A stretch of 64,000 nt of DNA from Oopsacas minuta. Lineage: Eukaryota; Animalia; Porifera. Each line of letters starts with the position of its first letter. The stretch's first letter is position 1. Shown piece after piece: positions 58,918-64,000 of the stretch. Position numbers and translations under genes: made by a program. The notes under the pieces were generated by a model. The model saw only the letters and a list, made by a program, of their open reading frames with translations, made no database searches and was not told the origin of the DNA. The stretch is from positions 248,001-312,000 of the forward strand of contig JAKMXF010000312.1 in assembly GCA_024704765.1 (NCBI GenBank). The letters are read 5' to 3'.

Positions 58918-59446
58918 TCTGTAAGCATACGTCTGAACTAATTAAGAGGCTAGGTTATCCTTAGTATTAGCCTACGTCATTGCAATAAACTTCTTAGCAC
59001 ACGTTATTGCAGGGACTGGGGACAGTTTAAGTTAGTACATGGTGTGTAGTGCAGCATAGGACCACCGGAAATATACTAGCGACCACACGTGTCCAAGAGG
59101 CCAAATTCTGACCCCAACTCCCTGTGTGGCATTTCACCGTTTGTAATACAAAAAGAATGAGGCTGTCACACATCACATACCACTCCCCCTCCACTTGTTG
59201 CGTTACGTAACGTTTGAACGGCCCCTTTGCCATAGAATATACTCTATATGTTACAGTTTTACTGAATAGGCAGTCAAGAATTAACGAGATTAGTAGTATA
59301 TGTATGGAAATATTAGCTGTGACTGAATACTATAATTGTTCAGGGTATATTTTCATATAAGAATACATAGAGATAAATACATGTAGGATAGTCAAAAGTT
59401 AGTAGAATAAATATATGAAACATAGATAGTAAGAAAAGAGAGAAAC

Positions 59447-60732
59447 TCAGAAATGTGAGACGAGCTGTATCATGTAATGTTCCTTATAACTTACTGTTAG
59501 AATAAAACATAAGTCATCCACTGCTATACTCGCTAGTTCAGTGAATTCTCCTGGAGCTGATCCTTCTTTACCGAATTAGTAATCAGTTTGCCTTCATTTG
59601 TGAATATTTTGACTTCAGAAGTTCCTCTATCAGCTACGAGTATGTTGTGTTGTTGATCAAGACAGAAATACAAAACTTCATCCAACAAATCTTTGTGTAC
59701 AACACATCTAATTAGTATGCCTTGTTTAGAGAATGCTTTAATAGGATAATCTGTGTTAGTAAAAGCTATGTAGAATACATCTCTAGCTAGTGATATATCT
59801 CGTAACAGAGTATCTTCTCCTTTGAATTGAGTGTTAAGAGTTATTCTACTTTCTTCTATCAATTCAGGTGTTAGGACTGTTAGCTGTATATTCTCCCGTT
59901 CACCCACAAAGATATAAGTATTATCTGTACACATTCCTGATGGGGAATAGCCAAGATATTTCCAAGATTCGTTCTCAAAGGTTGATTTGTTGAATTTACA
60001 GATTTCCTCGGGGCATTGTACAATGATGGAGTCAGATAGAATGAGAATATTCTCTGGACTAGCAATATCATCATCTTCTAGAGATTGAATCAATTCTCCA
60101 TTTCCAGAGAATATCAGAACTCTGTCAGACTCCCAATCAGCTACATATATTCTATCATAGATAGAATCTATTGCTACATCATGTGGAATACATATCTGTT
60201 CATTTAGCTTGCCTATGTCACCAAAATTTGACTTCAAGGGAATATGAATATCTTCTCCAAACTCCACAATTCTCTGTTGACATGTACACAGTGTGTTAAT
60301 ACTCTCCCTCAACTCATTAACTTTCCATTTCAAGTTCACGTAAGGAATATCAATATTCATTCCTCTTTTCACGGATTCTATAGATTCATTGATTTAGTCG
60401 AAACAGGGAATTTGGTTCAATTTTTTGAAGATTCTTTCCATTTCTGTTTTGTATTTGTTTAACTCTTCGATTTCCTTATAAATTTCATCTTTTTTCTGAT
60501 TCATTCGTTTGTTAGCTTCATCCCAGATTGCTTCCAGTTCCCTGAGAATCAGTTGTGTCTTCTGTTCTATCAGTTGTTTCATTTCCTCACCAACATTCCT
60601 CATAAGTGTCTTCTTGCTGTCAATCACGTCTCTCAATATATTAATTCTGTCCTGTAGCTTGTTGCCCACAGGCATCAAGCTATCAGGTCCAGAGGCTGGA
60701 ATTTCGTGTATCAATGCAGTTGCCATTTTCAC
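59447..60732 (-). pseudogene. Divergent coiled-coil + NHL gene (second subfamily), disrupted
   Basis: Coiled coil, in-frame TAA at 60394-60396, NHL blades (IPHDVAIDSIYDRIYVADWESDRVLIF; CLDQQHNILVADRGTSEVKIF), and a 1-nt frameshift near 59578 hiding FGKEGSAPGEFTELASIAVDD..HF*. Confidence 0.8.
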
Positions 60733-61422
60733 ATATATTTCAATATAAAGCTAATACTATGATAATATAGAACTATATACAGTGGCTTATACATATTGTG
60801 TGTATAGAGTATAATATATCTACTACAAGTATCCGTATCATATAATGTGTGTCTAAATATATCTCATATATTATTAGACAGTGTTCCAGTGTTGCAGCAG
60901 TCGGGGAATATCATGGACCGGACAGGACCCTGATCGTTAGTTTCTGTACAGTCTAGACCGATAACCGATAACACCCTGGTTAATTCATGTTCAGCCGCAG
61001 TAAGGTTTTTGGAAAGGTTTGTGGACCATCAGCATCAACACATGTCTGAATAAGCGTGATATTAGTATATTGACTCAGCATCAAATCGTTGACTTACTAT
61101 CTTAGCATATACGATCGCGCTTCGCTTGCTCGTGCTCTGCGGTTGCGAACAATTCGTGTCCACTCGGGCCTACGGCCATTGAGAACAAAATCTTAACCAT
61201 ACCAAACATGATACTGCCATAATCTTCAAGTCTGCTTACTTTATATCCCAAAAGTGAACAAATGTTAATGAAATGTTGTTTACAATATCATATTTGGACT
61301 CATTACACAATAGACACAATTTTTGTGGCGTCATCAACCACGAAAATCATCAATGCAAGAGGGAAAATTAAAGCTCCATATATGGATATAACACAAATAG
61401 GTTTTGACTTGGCAGGTATGCA

Positions 61423-61590
61423 CAGGGTTTCATCTAGTATTTCTGAACCATACGTCTAAATCATCTCCCTCATTTTTACGCCTGTAGAGCATACATATAG
61501 TATTACGGTATGGGATCTTGCTCGAATTTTGACGCGCCTAGATCTATATTCACCGAAATTGATGCGCCTGTAGGCGCGTCGTATACGCCA
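61423..61590. mobile_element. Truncated copy of the 58734-58917 hAT MITE
   Basis: Left TIR CAGGGTTTCATC and shared interior GGGATCTTGCTCGAATTTTGACGCGCCTAGATCTATATT. Right TIR missing. Confidence 0.8.
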
Positions 61591-61923
61591 TTCAGGTGTC
61601 TGTACACTCAAGTTGAATAGACTTGGCCGCGATTTATTCCCTATGTGGAGAAGATCTCTGAATCCTTTGGTGATAACAAGCGCAGTTTTAGTACCTCTAC
61701 GTTCTAGCAGCGCATTCGTAGCTATGGTTGTACCCATTCTTATATTCCCTATTAGGTCGGTTGGTATGGGTTTCTCCTTTGGATAATCAACACCGCTTTC
61801 TTGTGATAATATGCGTCTTATTGCCTCGCGTGGAGCATCCACATAGCGCTGTGTATCTTCTGATAATAGTTTCATTCCGTGTATCTTTCCATTAGGACAT
61901 GTCAATTGCATATAAAATTTCAC
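61591..61923 (-). pseudogene. OPLAH: 5-oxoprolinase N-terminal fragment (about 110 codons)
   Basis: [50 protein letters not shown]. Lacks the DRGGTFTD start and is cut at 61591 by MITE sequence. Confidence 0.85.
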
Positions 61924-63514
61924 ACATTTATTCTACCTTAAAATGCATTTATCTCTGGATTAGCATTATCAGATGATGGAAAGTCAGTAATTTTGGTTCT
62001 ATTGGTGATTAAAGTTTATTTATAACAAATAGGGTTGTTGATTCATGAATTTCCTAAAGAATGATAGGATAATGTGGAAAAGTATAAATTTAATCAATTC
62101 GATTGTTATCCATGGTGTATGAAAACAGTATTTGCATTACTATTATGTAGAACGAAATTCTTCGATTTTCCGAAAGATAGATATTTATCTTCACATTCAA
62201 TTCCTTGAACGAAATACATGTTTTGATACATTTTTTTACGGGCCATATTTTCCCAAACACGATTGATGTTTAGGGACACCGCGTGGAGTTTGTATCTCTA
62301 AAGTTTACACTTTGCAAGTCAATGGACCCAATTTCATTCAATCTATCCTCGTACTTCTTCAACATCTTCTCAGGTTTTGATGATGTTACCTGGCTAATGT
62401 TAGTCGCCATTTCAAAATACTTTTTTCAATTCAGTTTAGATTTAGTTAACAGTAATGTTGTAGGCCTGTAACAGTTCTTCTTTAGAAATGTATCTTGTTT
62501 AATAATTCAGTTATACTTTCAATTTACTCATTTATAACTTTCTATATATGAAGTAATGTGTTTCAGAGTGTGGCTTATTCGATACAATTTGAGACAGTAT
62601 TACATAATTGTTACTTTCCAATACTAAAAATATCAAATTCCTCACATAACAATTTAGCTTTGCATATACCATAAGTGACCAGCAAAATACTGATCTGACC
62701 AGCTTCTGCAGAGATGCCAAATCTCACGCTTTTTCAGAGGTCAAAAAGTGTAATCTCACGCCTTGTGAGAAGGAATATCACGACTTTGCGAGAGGCCAGA
62801 TCGGCATCTACGTGTTGGCAGCAAAAAAGTTTCATCCAGATATTTTCATATTTTTACAATTTATGCTTATTGTAGAAAATATCGATTCATTCCAATGTAA
62901 TTAGTAGTCATATGTTTCTAACAAGCAATTATCACAGCATAGCTATATTTACAGTCAACAATATATAAAGTTGATGACTAGTATTTGGAGATGTTAGTGT
63001 AAAGGTTGTGATCTGCTTATGTGTCTGTTCTTTTGTTGTACCAAAAATTTCCTCTTTGCCAATACTTTATGTAATGGCAATATACCTCTCAGAGCCAGGC
63101 TGTCTCTTACTGAGGGTACTGGCATCTCAGAAATAACAATCACTCAATGGTAGATCCAATTCATATACGTATATACATAATATGATATTTCGAGAGTGAT
63201 CTGAATTGTCGAATTTAGATGTGAAATTTGGTCCCACCCTAGGACCAATATTACATGAAGATTTTGATGCATTTTGGTAGGAGTTTGAAGTTAGCAGACT
63301 ATTTGACTAGGTTCACTTCCAGAACAAAATTGTCTCACTTCTACCCATCAGATTTAAATGAAACGAGCCTTTGGCTCGTCGCTTCCCGATGAACTCGGCG
63401 CATTGCGCTTCGAGGTATCCATTATTCTCCAAATTGATGGTCCCTTTGAGTATTACTATAGATATATATAGAACAATATAATTCACAAATATTCATATAT
63501 GGCATATATATATA

Positions 63515-63543
63515 CAGTCAGGGGACAAAAGTATTCGAACACA
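63515..63543 (+). mobile_element. Solo Tc1-like terminal inverted repeat
   Basis: TA-CAGTCAGGGGACAAAAGTATTCGAACAC resembles Tc1 ends. No partner in the window. Confidence 0.45.
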
Positions 63544-64000
63544 CAAATATATTGTCATAAATTGTATACTCCTTCCCGCTCCAATATATTGTGTAGTCTA
63601 TATTCGTAGCTGCTATCTAGTAATTTGCATGGAATAACATATGTTTTTCAAGAATTTCAAAAAATATTTTCGATTTACACTTTTTGAAGGTGTTAATTAT
63701 TGATAATTATTAGATAATTATTGATAATCAAAATATGTGGTAATTCAAAACTATTAAGAATCTATAATTTCTGACTTGATATTTGAATTCTACGTAGGCG
63801 AGTTACCCCAGATTGAAATTTCCAATCGGATTGAACAATTTTTACCGAAGTTATAGATGAATTTCAATTTGTGCCATTTGTGCACCTTTTGCCCAAGGTG
63901 GCACAAGTGGCCGCTACCAAGAGGTTATTTTGGATTTCAAGGGTTAGCATAGTCATATCATTCGAAAATATTACTTCGACTTATTCCTCCTAACCCTAGT

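Noticed and set aside
62283-62510. Minus-strand coding-like stretch (MATNISQVTSSKPEKMLKKY...)
   Set aside because: Interrupted by stops and unassignable; probably degraded element DNA.
63056-63070. TGCCAATACTTT as the right TIR of the Tc1 element at 54996
   Set aside because: Only about 12 nt match and the terminal ACTG-TA is absent.
1-64000. CRISPR arrays, rRNA, tRNA, or a reverse transcriptase for a DGR
   Set aside because: No repeat-spacer array, RNA-gene pattern or RT motif was seen; the T7-like polymerase is the ordinary nuclear-encoded POLRMT, not a phage gene.

Overview
Eukaryotic (animal) genomic DNA with a compact, AT-rich layout, short GT-AG introns and several intronless genes. 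The gene set and the expanded coiled-coil + NHL family fit an early-branching metazoan such as a glass sponge (inference only). About 1-49.6 kb is gene-dense: BICD-related adaptor 3' end, NCoR-like corepressor, importin-alpha, TRIAP1, eIF3i, ARFRP1, PLPP, ZC3H11A-like, TRMT44, POLRMT, HUNK-like kinase, NOMO, WASP and an INTS3 terminal exon. About 49.6-64 kb is mostly MITEs, a truncated Tc1 element and gene fragments. Main observations: (1) four dispersed, intronless, near-identical coiled-coil + NHL beta-propeller genes whose differences concentrate at the predicted ligand face, are mosaic between copies, and stop being homologous at the stop codon, making them a candidate diversified receptor repertoire; (2) heavy gene nesting, with POLRMT on the same strand inside the last TRMT44 intron between 8-bp direct repeats, one NHL copy in another TRMT44 intron, and KPNA2 + TRIAP1 inside NCoR; (3) a YAG just upstream of most start codons, suggestive of spliced-leader trans-splicing. 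Gene models were built by hand, and family assignments come from recalled motifs, not database searches.
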